This document shows, one piece after another, positions 32,755 through 45,515 of a stretch of 64,000 bases of DNA. Location of the stretch: contig CM059428.1 of NCBI GenBank assembly GCA_030390025.1, forward strand, positions 34,658,001-34,722,000. Reading direction: 5' to 3'. This DNA comes from Squalus acanthias (taxonomy: Eukaryota). The position numbers were made by a program, and so were the translations under genes. Numbering within the stretch: position 1 is the stretch's first letter; each line of letters begins with the position of its first letter. Below the pieces are notes generated by a model. It ran no database searches. It was not told where the DNA came from and was given only the letters and a program-made list of their open reading frames with translations.

Positions 32755-33791
32755 AAACACTCAGTGCAAAATCAGTGTTTAATATCTTTTAACTATTTAA
32801 TTCTATAGCATTATAAATTGTTGCTCCCGGTAAGAACAAGATCCACCTTCTGTGGATGCAGCAGAGTGCAGTAAAAGTTCCAATTAACCTCAACGCATAA
32901 TGGATTTCCTTCAAATACAATTACTGTCTAGTCTCAATAATTCAGTCATTTTGTTGTGCTAAGAAATACGAATTATACAATTAATTGAATTAAGCAATGT
33001 AAATAACATAGCAAATCAGGGATTTAGTACTAAAAAATGGAACCATACAATTCAAAGTCACTTAATTCAAATTAAATGTAGACTGTATTGTCAGTTTCAC
33101 CAGAGCCAGTATGCTTAATTATTGAAAAAAAATGTATTAGTCAAGCATTTGCTGAGATCCAAAATGTCAGAATTTCCCAACGCCCCTCCTCTTGTTGATC
33201 CATGCAGGGTGCTGTCCTACAGCTGCCATTCAGTATTTCACTGAAATGGCCTATCTCCAGATATAAGCCTTGACTGAGAGCAATCGGTGGACCACTGGAA
33301 CAGGCTACCAGCTTGTGCGGTAAACACTGATTCGCTGAATTCCTTCAAGTGAGAGCTGGACCCGTTTCTGGCTGTGGCAGAGATCACCTCGTACAAAAGG
33401 CCGGTACCGTATAACATTAATCAGGACCCGAGTGGTCTCCTGGACGAGTTTTGATATCTTAAGGGGGTCGGAGAGAAATTTTCTAGATATCCCCCCACCC
33501 CCCCCCTCTGCTAATTGGCCTGGGTTTTTAATATGGTATTTCACCTCTCCCAGAAGATCATATGGCTTTTGGGTGGGGTGGGGTGGAGAGTGCATATATG
33601 ATAATGTACAAGGTATCGCAAAGTATGGGACAGGCTGGATGGACCAGTAGTTCTTTTTCTGTCTGTTGTTGTTCGACTATGGAAGGCATCACAGCTAAAC
33701 TTGATCTCGTTCTTACCAGGAGCAACAATTTATAATGCTATAGAATTAAATAGTTAGAAGATATTAAACACTGATTTTGCACTGAATGTTT
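32755..33791. repeat. 89-bp inverted repeat pair (32755-32843 and 33703-33791)
   Basis: 85/89 identical by manual alignment; 859-bp spacer. Confidence 0.93.
33335..33668 (+). mobile_element. Old CR1-type 3' end with long UTR
   Basis: TGAATTCCTTCAAGTGAGAGCTGGAC (degenerate SFKRELD) and terminal GGCTGGATGGACCAG...CTTTTTCTGTC. Confidence 0.6.
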
Positions 33792-34041
33792 TTTTTTATT
33801 AGAAAAGGTTACATTGCATATTTTTTTTATTTTTTTTAAACAATTGTAACATCTCTCTACCCGAGTATACACCATTTTCACATTGGGGCATTAAAACAAT
33901 TCTCTCCTTTCTAAACTGCTTGCAGAACAGAGATTCACTTTAAACCCCCACAGCAGAAATATTGCGTGCTGGGGAACGGTAAAGAATTACCCTTCATTTA
34001 AACTTCCAATTGGCTTTAACTTGGCTTATAATGCCACAGTT

Positions 34042-34355
34042 AGAAAGAAATATGTTGCATTTATACAGAGCCTTTCATGACCTCAAGGCGTCCCAGTGCT
34101 TCACAGCCAATGAATTACTTTTAAAGTGCAGTCACTGTTGTAATGTAGGAAACGCGGCAATCAATTTGCATACAGCAAGCTCCCACTAACAGCAATGAGA
34201 TAAATGACCAGATAATCTGTTTTTAGTTATGTTGGTTGACGAAAATATGTTGGCCAGGACACCAGGAAGAAGAACTCCCCCGCTCTTCTTTGAATAGTAT
34301 CATGGGATCTTTTACGTTCACCTGAGAGGGCAGACGTTTAACGGCTCACCCGAAA
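34042..34355 (-). mobile_element. Deu-domain SINE, 3' part
   Basis: Reverse-complement tail and core CATGGGATCTTTTACGTTCACCTGAGAGGGCAGAC. Confidence 0.83.
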
Positions 34356-34554
34356 GTGAAAATACAAGAACCGTTTTATGTTCTCGCTCTCTTCCTTGGT
34401 CACCAGAGAACCAAAAAAAACATCTGGCAATGAAATCACAAGTATTCAGGATTCTTGGAGGTATCCCATAAAAAACAGCTGCATCGCCTCAGAGAATATT
34501 CTAGAGTAGCTGCCTCGAAGAAAACATGCTAAACAATGAATCTGTAACTGGAAA

Positions 34555-34845
34555 TGAGCTGAGCCCCACAGGCCCGGAAGGTCCCAGCCTCCATCCCTGG
34601 TCTGTGCCGACTAGCCGATCTCAGCTGCATTGCAACTGGTCTCGGCAAACCAAGGATAAGAGAGGTAAAAAAATTGGGCAGAGCTCCCACTCCCGACTGC
34701 TTTCCCGCTGGACATGTGCAACGCATGAACATCAGATGAGGACAGGATTAGTTTTGGCCCGGTAACCTCCGAGGTGGAATAGCACGGACACTTGCCATCA
34801 AACCTCACACATGAATAAAGGATGCTTGACCGAGGTTCCAGAGGA
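34555..34845 (+). mobile_element. AmnSINE2-like SINE
   Basis: GCTGAGCC..CAGGCCCGGAAGGTCCCAG...CCCTGGTCTGTGCCGACTAGCCGATCTCAGC...GAGGACAGGAT...CTCACACATGAA. Confidence 0.6.
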
Positions 34846-34944
34846 CAATAGTTAAGGTGCACCTCAAAGTTATTTTTTTTTTGACAGGCTGGCAGATGCG
34901 GGCTGGAAAACACACACTGTCAACAGTGCAGTAGAGACAAATAT

Positions 34945-35690
34945 CTTCCTGGGATACAGTATATGAGTAATTTGAGACATGACATGTGGTTAGTGTAGCA
35001 TGCTTGGGAGGAACAGGATGAGGGACTTCAGTTACGTGGATAGAGTAGAGAAGCTGGGGTTGTTCTCCTTAGGGCAGAGAAGATTGAGAGGAGATTTGAT
35101 AGAGATGTTCACAATCATGATGGGTCTAGACAGAGTAGATGGAGAGAAACTGTTCCAATTGGCGGAAGGGTCGAGAACCAGAGGACACAGATTTAAGGTG
35201 ATTGGCAAAAGAACCAAAGGCAGCATGAGGAAAAACTTTTTTACACAGCGAGTAATTTGGATCTGGAATGCACTGCCTTAACAGGTGGTGGAGGCAGACT
35301 CAATCGTGGCTTTCAAAAGGGAATTGGATAATTAACTGAAGGAAAAAAATTTGCAGGGCTATGGGGAAAGGGCGGGGGAGTGAGACGAGCTGAAGTGCTC
35401 TTGCAGAGAGCAGGCATGGGCTCAACGGGCTGACTAGCCTCCTTCTGTGCTGTAACCATTCTATGAAACTATGAATTCTAGGTGACTTTGGACCTATGGT
35501 TCCCACAGCTCTCCATCACTGGGGGTTTCTTCATGTTATGTCTGGGTTTGTTGTAGACTAATTGATAGAGAACAATTGCTATGATTAGTCAACAGCTCCA
35601 TTATCGTTGGATCATGAGTCGACCAGGATGGTAGAAGGCTAACTAGATGGACCTTGGTTGTTTTTCATCTAGCAGTTCTTATGTTCCTAT
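34945..35690 (+). mobile_element. Old CR1 long 3' UTR interrupted by a younger CR1 3' end (35018-35479)
   Basis: The flanks rejoin to match the uninterrupted copy at 62545-62810 (GGAGGAACAGG|TGACTTTGGACCTATGG). The insert encodes MRDFSYVDRVEKLGLFSL... Confidence 0.85.
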
Positions 35691-36067
35691 CTTGGAGTTT
35701 GCCTGTGCTGTACAGGTGGGGTGATGTGTGGATGCTAGAAGCGTTGCATCACAGACGATTCTTAAAAAACCAAAACTTTGAAAAGTTGATAGCTACATTG
35801 AGAAACAACAACTTTGACAGTGAATTGAATCACTTGTATAAGAATAACTATTCACCAAAGGAAGATGCATTCCTGCGCCTGGGCAAAATCTAACTCTGAA
35901 CTGGGTCAAGTTATTACACATGATCAGGATATGGCACATATACAGAATGGATTCTTCACATCAGTTTTCACAAGACACTGCTTAATTTTTTTTCCAGGGG
36001 ATGTAGGGGAACAAAATGATTATTTTCTGAAGTTCAAGAGGTGGTGTGAGGGAAATTCACGGTGTAA

Positions 36068-36328
36068 TTTTTTTTTTATATTCGTTTATGGGATGTGGGC
36101 ATCGCTGGCAAGGCCAGCATTTATTGCCCATCCCTAATTGCCCTCGAGAAGGTGGTGGTGAGCCACCTTCTTGAACCGCTGCAATCCGTGTGGTAAAGGT
36201 ACTCCCACAGTGCTGTTAGGTAGGGAGTTCCAGGATTTTGACCCAGCGACGATGAAGGATCAGCGATATACTTCTAAGTCAGGGTGGTGTGTGACTTGGA
36301 GGGGAACTTGGAGGTGGTGGTGTTCCCA
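36068..36328 (-). mobile_element. LINE 3' end, same family as 24250-24580
   Basis: T-run, then GGGATGTGGGCATCGCTGGCAAGGCC...GGGAGTTCCAGGATTTTGACCCAGCGAC. Confidence 0.75.
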
Positions 36329-36409
36329 TTATCAGAATGGATTCTGGACGGACAGGTCTTGATGGGCTCAGTGCGAGAAGGGCAATCTAGATTTTTTTTT
36401 TAATGTATT

Positions 36410-37722
36410 ATAGCCACCTTAAACCCCCTGTCCTTGCAAACTACCGACCTATCTCCAATCTCCGTCCTCCCCAAAATCCTTGAACATGTGGTCATCTCCC
36501 AGATCTGCGCCCATCTTTCCCGCAACTCCATGTCTGAATCTTTTCAATCAGGTTTCTGTCCCTCCCACAGCACTGAAATTGTCCTACCAAAATCACAAAT
36601 GACATCCTCCATGACTGATACAATTCCCCTCCTTATCCTTTGATAGTTGACCTCATTATCCTTCACCAACATCTCTCCTTCATTGTTCAGCACAGTGGGA
36701 TTGCCTTCGCTTGGTTCCACTCTTAACTATCCAATCATAGTCAGAGCATCTCTAGAAATGGCTTCTTTTCCCATAAGGATCTATCCTGGACTTACTCCTC
36801 TTTCTCATCTACATGCTGCCCATTGTGGACAACATCCAGACATGGGGTCAGCTGCCACACATATGCTGATGACATCCAGCTCTACCTCTCCACCAGCTCT
36901 CTTGACCCCACCACTGCCTCTACTTATCTGACACCCAATTTTAGATGAGGCGTAATTTTCTCTAGCTAAACATTGGTAAGATCGAAGCAACTGTCTTTGG
37001 CCACAGCAGCAAACTCTGTACCCTGGTCACCGATTCCATCCCCCTCCTTGCCCACTATCTCAGGCTGAACCAGACTGTTCACAACCTTGGCGTCCTGTTA
37101 GACTCCGAGCAGAGTTTCCAACCCCATATATCCATCATAAAGATCACCTACTTCCATCTCCATAACATCGTCCACCTCCGCCTGAGCACATCTGCTTCTG
37201 AAACCCTCATCCAAGCCCAAACTCAACTATTCCAAAGCTCTCCTGACATGCTCCCTTCCTCCACCCTCTAACTTTCTCTGCTCCAAAACTCTGCCGCCCC
37301 TCACCTATCCTGCACAAAGTCCCACTCACCCTTGTCCTCGCTAACCTACATTGGCTCCCAGTCACTCAAGACCTCATTTAAAATTCTCACCTTTGTGTTT
37401 AAAAACCCTTCATGCTGTCACCTCTCCCCATCTCGAACCTTCTGCAGCCTGACAACCTCTCATTTCCAAACTCTCTCTTCCTCGGATGACCTTGTGCATC
37501 CTCCCACTTTTTCACATGACTGGCAGCCAGACCTTCAATACCTAGGCCCTACACTCTGCAATTCCCTCCCTAAGCCCTTCTGTCGAAGACACTCCTTTAA
37601 ACCCATCCTAATATCTCCTTATTTGACTCGGCCTCCTTTTTTTTCCCCTTACGCCTCTGAAGCGCTTTGGGACATTTTTTGTATGTTAAAGGCGCTACAT
37701 AAATGCAAGTTGTTATTATTTT
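36410..37722 (+). mobile_element. Degraded L2 LINE RT and tail
   Basis: Remnants NYRPISN, KILEHVV, ESFQSGF, YADD (TATGCTGATGAC), LHWLP; tail AAATGCAAGTTGTTATT. Confidence 0.85.
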
Positions 37723-38674
37723 GTAAATACTGTGTGTAGTATTCTTTTCACCGGAGTCTACGTTCAACAAATAGTGATATCACACTCCTTGAAGAAATAA
37801 TACTTTTTTTCTTAATGCGGTCAATTTTATAAAATAATTTACAGGTTAGATATCTTAATTTAAGAAAAAGCAACATTTAAATTCAGTCTCCTGTGTTGTC
37901 TAAGAATTTTTTTAAAGCTTTTTGCTTTCGATACCCAGTGGTAGCAAATGGGCTATTACTAGAGCATTTTTTTAAAACTTTATGCCCCAGTGACAGATTA
38001 TCTAGATGTTTAATATAAAAATAAGGGAAAAAAATCTCTCTTAATAGCATCAGCCACCTGCTCACTGCCAGCATGAGCTGCATATTGGCTGATGTTATCG
38101 ACTTCCTTGTGGCAGTCTGGAAGGAGCTGAAGGGAAAGAAGTTGAGGGCTGCAGTGACCTTGACTGTGCCAGCACTGGCTGCAGGTCTTGCTGCAGGAGG
38201 CGACACAGCTTAGCGACAGCCTCTATAGAGAAGGGCCTTATGAACTGCTCCTCAGAGAACTGCGGGTGTGTTGTCCTGGGCCAATACACTCTGTTGAGAG
38301 GGTAAGCTTTCTGCAAGCATGCCCCCTTCTATTTGGTCTCCCTGCAGCTGCACCTTTGTTTTCTAACCCAAGTGGAATTGCCAGAAGGGCTCCTATGAAG
38401 AAAAAAGCGTATTGCCAGAGGCCCCTTAGTCACGACAAGTACTTCAAAATTGTTTTGAGTAGCAGAAAATCACAATGCAATACAAGCAAATTGTCTCCCA
38501 AAACTTTGCAGCATTTTAGTAGAGAGCAGGCGAGTATCCCTTTAAATATTGCTGGAAATGACTGCTTCCCGACTTGTACTGCCCATAGGTAGAGATGAAA
38601 TTACTCAGTTAGAGACAAGTTTCACAATGATACCAGGTGTTAAATTATGAGGAGAGGTTGTATAAACTTTGCTT

Positions 38675-38892
38675 GGATTTCCGCCTCCAATCACCCCACC
38701 CAGTCAAACAGCCTTTTCTCCCATCCCCAATATTTTTAGAACCAATCAAAAGTGTTCACAGAAAATCAATAAAGCACACAGTTTTTTTTAATGCTCCTAT
38801 GATTTTTCTCCTGGCTTGCATCCAACAGGGTCCAGATGATTAATCTTTAATTCCTGGAGCTCCAGGACAATACTGGAGGGTTGGCAACGCTG
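38675..38892 (-). mobile_element. hAT-like MITE, second copy
   Basis: Reverse complement of 14641-14870 (ATTAATCTTTAATTCCTGGAG...GGAGGGTTGGCAAC). Confidence 0.65.
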
Positions 38893-39187
38893 GATCATAG
38901 AGAAATGGGAAACACAGAGCAGGAAATCAGAGTCATAGTGTGTGTGCGTGAAAGAGAGAAAGAGAAACAGAGACAGAGCAAAAGACAGATATACAGAAAG
39001 AACACAGAGCAGGAACTCAAGGTCATGATGGGAGAGAGAGAGAGAGGCAGAAACAGAGACACAGGGAAAACAAGCTGGAAATAAGGCGAGTCATGGTGAG
39101 AGGATAATATGGAAAGGAGATGAAAACAGTGATCATTGGGACACAAATCAAAAAATAAAGATTGTAACTTTGACAGCTGTATACATA

Positions 39188-40077
39188 TGAAAGTAATTTT
39201 CACCTTCTCTGCAATGGGCAATAACCTGGCAGAGCCAATCGGCCGCCCTTTGCCCGTCTTCTATAAAGGGAGAGCAATCCGCTCCGCTGGCTCATCGCCC
39301 TGGCGATGGAGGTGCAAATTAGCAGAAGTTCACGCAGAGACATTTTGGGTGGGAGAATTCAACTTCTGCCCAAAATAGGTGCAAAGTCGGTGAAGCAGCT
39401 GCACCGCCCGGCCCGCCCGTGGCCAGCATCAGGAGGCCATTCGTGAACCATTCGAGTTCCGGCCTCATTCAAATGCCGCTGGCCAGCTGCGGGTGCTAAG
39501 TGGGTGCCTGACTGCGGACGGTGGGTAATCAGTCGGCTCAGGTCGAGCCTACCGCGGAGAGGGGGTGGTTGGGGGGGGGTAAAGCATGGGACAACTACAG
39601 CCTACAATATTTTTGTGGCGTTAGGAGGAGAACTCCTGCTCTTTCTGCCCCCACAAAAATTCTCCACCAAAATTCCTGGGCCTCCGTCCATTTGCACCTG
39701 AAAGTTGCAAATGGGGTCCTACAGGAGTCCAATTTGCATCATTAAATAGCCTTGCGCTGGAAGCAGGTGAACATGGAGCAAAGGCAGGTAAATGGAGGTG
39801 CAGATCAGCCATGACATAACTGAATGGCAGAGCAGGCCCAAGGTGCTGAATGGCCTACTCCTGTTCCTCTGTTCCTACCATTGGGGTGCTAACTGAATTA
39901 TTTGACCCCAGCTTGTGTACATTGATTAAGACCCTGCCCGTTACTGGCGGAGGTTCTGACCCACAAAACTCGCAACAGGCAGACCTCCAGCGGTAAGTCA
40001 GCAGGTAAACCCTCTCGTGCTAGTTTGGTCCATGTTATTGCCCCATTTTTAGGTAGCGAGATGAAAATTGCCTCCAG
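39188..40077. mobile_element. Older Harbinger-like MITE with a CR1 3' fragment at about 39765-39876
   Basis: Imperfect inverted ends of about 45 bp: AATTTTCA...GGGCAATAACCTGG / CCATGTTATTGCCC...TGAAAATT. Confidence 0.6.
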
Positions 40078-40265
40078 TGGATATGAAAGATTAGAGGTTG
40101 AATGTCCTATTTGCCAATAAGGAATTTTTAATTAAAGCTAAGGATTATATATTTCCAAACAGCTTTAAAACTTCTTGTCCCCCCAATAACTGGGGATGAT
40201 CTGTTACTGGAGAAAGTAAGTTTCAAGTTGCATGGGGTTCTGAACACCAAACAAATTCCACTTCA

Positions 40266-40713
40266 CATGGTAGCACTCTCACCTCAGAGTCAGAAGGTTC
40301 TAGGTTCAAGCCCCATCCAGGGACTTGAGCACAAAATCTAGGCTGATACTCCAGTGCAGTACTGAGGGTGTGCTGCACTGTTGGAGGTGCCGTCTTGCAG
40401 ACAAAACATTAAACTGAGGACACGTCTGCTCTTTCAGGTGGATGCAAACGATCCCATGAAACTATTTCAAAGAAGAGCAGGGGAGTTCTCCCCAGTGTCT
40501 TGGCCAATATTTATCACACTCAACATCACTAAAACAGATTATCTGGTCATTTTCTCATTGCTGTGCATGGGAGATTGCTGCGCGCAAATTGGCTGCCATG
40601 TTTCCTACATTACAACAGTGACAACACTTCAAAAGTACTTCATTTGCTGTAAAGCGCTTTGGGACGTCCAGAGAGTGTGAAAGGTGCTATATAAATGCAA
40701 GTCTTTCTTTCCT
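40266..40713 (+). mobile_element. Near full-length Deu-domain SINE
   Basis: B box GGTTCAAGCCC, Deu core, tail AAATGCAAGTCTTTCTTT. Confidence 0.88.
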
Positions 40714-42734
40714 TCAGCCAAAACCTTGGGACCACCATTAAGGAGAAGGGACAAGAACTGCAAGGAAGAAATACAGAAGCAATCAATCACTAATACATCA
40801 ATAATGCAGTCTCTATTTACATCTACACCTCTGCACACTGGAGTTTCGGTCCTGCTGCTCATATAGTTTACCATGTCATCGAAGGTTCCTGCTTCCTCCC
40901 TAGTTCTTTGCTTTCCCTAAATAGTTTCCAAATTCATATTTTCTTCCTCTCCCTCGCCACCCTTTACCTTTAATTTCCTTCAAGCCCCAATTCTTCCTGC
41001 CCCAGAATGGAGGTACGTATGCTCAGTGGGTCTCTATTTCACTTAGTGACCAACTCCCACCCCCCCCACCACATCATGCTGATGCCCCTCAACCCTACTC
41101 CCGCTCTACCTGCCTCTCACTCAGACCAGAGTCAAACTGTAAACCGATTGCTCTTTCAAGAGATGGGGAAAGGCATCAATAGTCAGGGCTGCTGCAGTCT
41201 CCCATGCTCTGTGCAACTGATCTCTGGACCATCACGAGAACAGAGAAGTTCCACATCACAATAGTGTCCAGGATTTAATGAGTCAGATCAAGCAGACATG
41301 CACTGAGCAATCCTGCCAATGGTGCGTCATTCAAACTGCAGGGAATGAAACTGTGATGTCATAGATCAGTGGGCGACATCGATGTCCAACAAGAGATACT
41401 GCTGACTATGGCACATCCAAAGCATGTCTGCAGCAGTGCTGGTCACACCAGATCACGGTTAGTTAACTTTTAACAATATGGAGGCACCACAGGCACTTTC
41501 AGCATTGGGATGAAGTTTAAGAAGCGTAGTTTCAGGATCTCAGTGGTAAATCCATGACAGTAACCAGTGCAGTGAATGGGAAAGGTTTATTGTTCAAAAG
41601 CATGCAAGGAGATCTGGGGGATATAAGCAGAGATGACAAGCTGAACACAGTGCAATAAATAACTGCAGATAATAGTTGTTAACTTATGAAACAGATTTTC
41701 ATCTAGCATCAGGTCTTCACAAAGGCTGGAATCTGGCAGGTTTTCATTGGGGTTGTCGCTGGCTCTAGGAGATCTGCCATTCGGGAACCGCTACTGCAAA
41801 TATGCCACCAGTACCCATTTAAAATAAACTTTGCTTGTAACATCGAAGAGGAAATGGATTAGGGCAGGCTCAGCATAAAGGCCAGAGGTAGATGAAAATA
41901 ACTTGGCCATCCTTAAACAAGGAGCTAAACAACATTGTGCCAGATGAGCTCATGTTCTTGTGACTTGTAACAAACAGGTCCCCTCCCCCACAGGTGAATA
42001 TTTTGCTCAAGGTGAAGACTATCAGCACTGGAGAATGGAACACTTTACCCAGCCTTCGTTTTCTCACCCACTATCAACATCAGCTAGCTGCAGAGTAAAG
42101 CCCTTTTCACTCTGCCTCACTCATGTACCTCAAAGCCAACCTCAGAAGAACATCCACTACCGAGTCAAATGTGATTGTTCTACCCCTTTCTCACCCTCCC
42201 CAAAAGTCCTCCACCAGGTAACCTTAGGAGTTGTGGGGAGTGGGATTGTCAAGTTGTGGTCAGCTTTGTGCTGTAGGCTTATACTTAAAAAAAATATATA
42301 TAGTTATATATACACGACACGTAGAATTTGATTTAGCGCATCAATCAGGCAACTAAATGTGGTAACTGCAGTTACCACAGAGTCCAGCATACTGGTGCTG
42401 CAATCTTTCTTTCAAAAAAGATGTTATGTCCTAAATTATTCTACCAATATTTTTTTTCCCCTCGAGAGAAGCTGGAGGGACTCTTTAACAAGTCAACCCA
42501 ATTTGAAAGTAGTGCAAGATGATGTTTGTATTATACAGTATATGTTACAAATGTCTGTTTCACAGTATTCTTCTATTTGTAAACAAAGCAATTTGGCCTG
42601 TAGAAAGTGATCTTCCTGGGCAATATGTTCTATCATCCAAGCCAACTGGGAAACTTGGTGGGCATTTTACAAATTCTCCAGTGGGCCATTTACGGCAACT
42701 GGGGTTACTTGACCTGGGCTACACTAGAATTTTA

Positions 42735-43020
42735 TCGTACAGCACAGGAGGCCGCCATTAGGCTCATCGTCCCTGTACCGGCTCTTTGAAAGAGCTATGC
42801 AATTAGTCTCAGTCCTCTGCTCTTTCACCATAGCCCTACAATTTTTTTCTTTTCAAGTATTGATTGAAAGTTACTATTGAATCTGCTTCCACCACCCTTT
42901 CAGGCAGTGCATTCCAGATCATCATAACTTGCTGCGGAAAAAGATTTCTCATCTCCCTTCTTGTTCTTTTACCAATTATCTTAAAACTGTGTCCTTTGGT
43001 TAACAACCCTCCTGCCACTA
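42735..43020 (-). mobile_element. CR1 3' end
   Basis: GHSFKIIGKRTR...IWNALPERVVEADSI and 3' UTR. Confidence 0.82.
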
Positions 43021-44894
43021 ATCCAAATGTGGCAGAGCAAAGACGCAGGTTTCGGTTCATATGCGACTCTGTCTGCTTAGGGAACTTTCATGCAGCAGTT
43101 CACACAAAAAAAAGTCCCGAATGTAGCTGAAGAGACATCGCCTTGTACTTTGAAGGAATGCTGGAGAGATGCGAGCGGTTTTATCTTCCAAATGCCGCGG
43201 GGCACAGATAACCGATCTGTTAAGTGGGTTACTTGATGTAAAATGATATTGGAGCTACAGCTTACAAATGCAAAAAATGGCGACTCTCAAGCAAGGGTGA
43301 AGCTGGAAAGAAATGTTCATCTTCCCTGTCCACCGCCCTTCCATCTCCCAGAGTTGACATGTGGAAGAGATTCCCAGCAAGATCAGCTAACAGTGTCAGT
43401 TCATTCCCTTTGACAAAGAGTTGAATAAATATCTAAGAATTGAAGTTGAACGATGTGCATAGACAGTGATCAAACAAAAGACCTGTGATTATGATGTTGT
43501 CTGTGCTGCTGATACAATCTCAATGTCATCTGTGGAAAACAACCTTTAGGGGTTCATGTAATGTTGCACTAACATCCTGGAATTTCAACAACTTGCATTT
43601 GCCCTGAACATAGTAAAACATCCCAAAGCTCTTCACAGGAGCGTAATCAAACAAAAATTGACACATCTACATTACCTTAAGGGAGAAGCTATTAAGAGCG
43701 TTATATCTTGGAGATCTTATGTTAGTCACCTCTATCAGGAGATAAAGTGAGTTGGATGGAGTTCAAGTTGTACACGGTCCATCAAGAGTGGACTCCTAGA
43801 CCTGAATTGCCTTATATGGTTTCACTTTACATGCAAGTTTGTAGGAATAAAATGAATCACATCAGCTATCCAAAAACAGAGGAAAAGGTGTTGCTTTTAG
43901 CTGAAGTAGGATCACTGATTAAAATGAAATGCTGAACATGACTAAGCTACTTTGTATTGCTGAATGCATAAATTGGTGCACTCCAATGCAGTCAGCAGAT
44001 CATTCCCATTACTACAATGATCAAGTTTACTTATTTATTAATTACAAAGCTGCAGTACCCTCACAGTAACTAGATTTACAATTAAAGCTGACTGGAAGTA
44101 CTTGGCAAGTTTTTGGAATTACGACAAAAAATAATCATCAGATGCCCGTTACGCCTTTACAGGGTAACTGAGGAAGAGATCTCCATGAATAATCTGTACC
44201 TTCTTTTTACTAAAAATGAGATATTATCGCTTAAGGACCAGTTAGATTGACTAAGATTGGGGAATTCTCCCTGAACGGCACTGCTGTCTCACCCCTTCAC
44301 AACATATGTAAAGGGGTTTTTTTTAATAGTGGTTCATGACAGAAACCCAGGGAGTCCTCAAGGTTGTTGGATTTCTCTCTGGGCCAGGGCAAACCATGTA
44401 CTGAGAGATGAACAGTGTCCCAAGGACTGCATTCCATATTTTTTGATTGACTGGCTTATTTTTGTGTTGCTGTATCCTAATGAAATTCATTTCTGCAATG
44501 ATAGCATTTAGGTAGCGGGCATCGTCTTTCAACAGTTAGCACCGGGGGGGCGGGGGGGGGTTCTTGGGAATACGTCAATATTTACAGGGTTCCCACACTA
44601 CATTTGTGTCCGTGCATCTTTCTTAAAAAAAGTAACACACAAACATTTCACCTTTTAGCTTTTTTGAAACTTCAATGATCAGGAGGTACAGATTCAGAGA
44701 AAGATGCACAGGAAACAGAAGTAGTGTTTCGGGTTTGATTGAAAAAAAAAATTAAGAATGATTTTTCACAATCGTCCAAAATGATACAAAAAAGATGCAT
44801 GCTGCAATTATTTGACAGAATACTTGTAAATATCTTCAGTATTTAAATCTGGTGATTCAGTGCAGCTCTGAACGGTGCTGACACAGAACTGCAG

Positions 44895-45515
44895 CAAGGT
44901 AGGAGGCCATTCGGCTCATCATGCCTATGTCAGTTCTTGAACTGCAGCTAAGTACCCTAATCCCACTTTCCTATCCTTCTCCTGTATTCTTTCAAAAAGC
45001 AATGGGATAAATATTTATAAAAATATATACATATGTTATGCTACTGTCTTTGCCTCGACAGGCAGTTGTACTGAAGCATTTGATATTCTACTAACTCTGT
45101 GTGGAAGCATTTCTTTCAAATTTCCACTTCTTTCCTCAAGTAATGATCCAGTGTTTATGGTTTCTTGTTATCGATGGAAATAATTTTCCATTTATCTTCT
45201 CAAAATCTTTCATAATTTTTGAAAGCTGCCCCCACCCGAAAGCATTTTTTCCCCATTCCAGTGAAAAATGGCACAGATTTTTGAGCCCTTCTTTTGAACT
45301 ATTAACCTCATTATCACTGATCATCATCAATGAATCATCACTGTATTCTTTCCTTGGCTCGAATATCCTACCTATAATGAAGTGCTCAGAAGTGTACGTA
45401 ATACCGCAGCTGTGATCTAACCAATGTACAAATGCAGCATCACTTACTTGCTTTTGTTTCCAATGCCACCATGTATAAAGCCCAGAATAAGGTGATTTGT
45501 CTTCTTTTTGGCTGT
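44895..45515 (-). mobile_element. Highly diverged CR1 3' fragment
   Basis: Degenerate GHKFK/RKFF/LDKF-region remnants and the GGAGGCCATTCGGC UTR motif. Confidence 0.6.
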
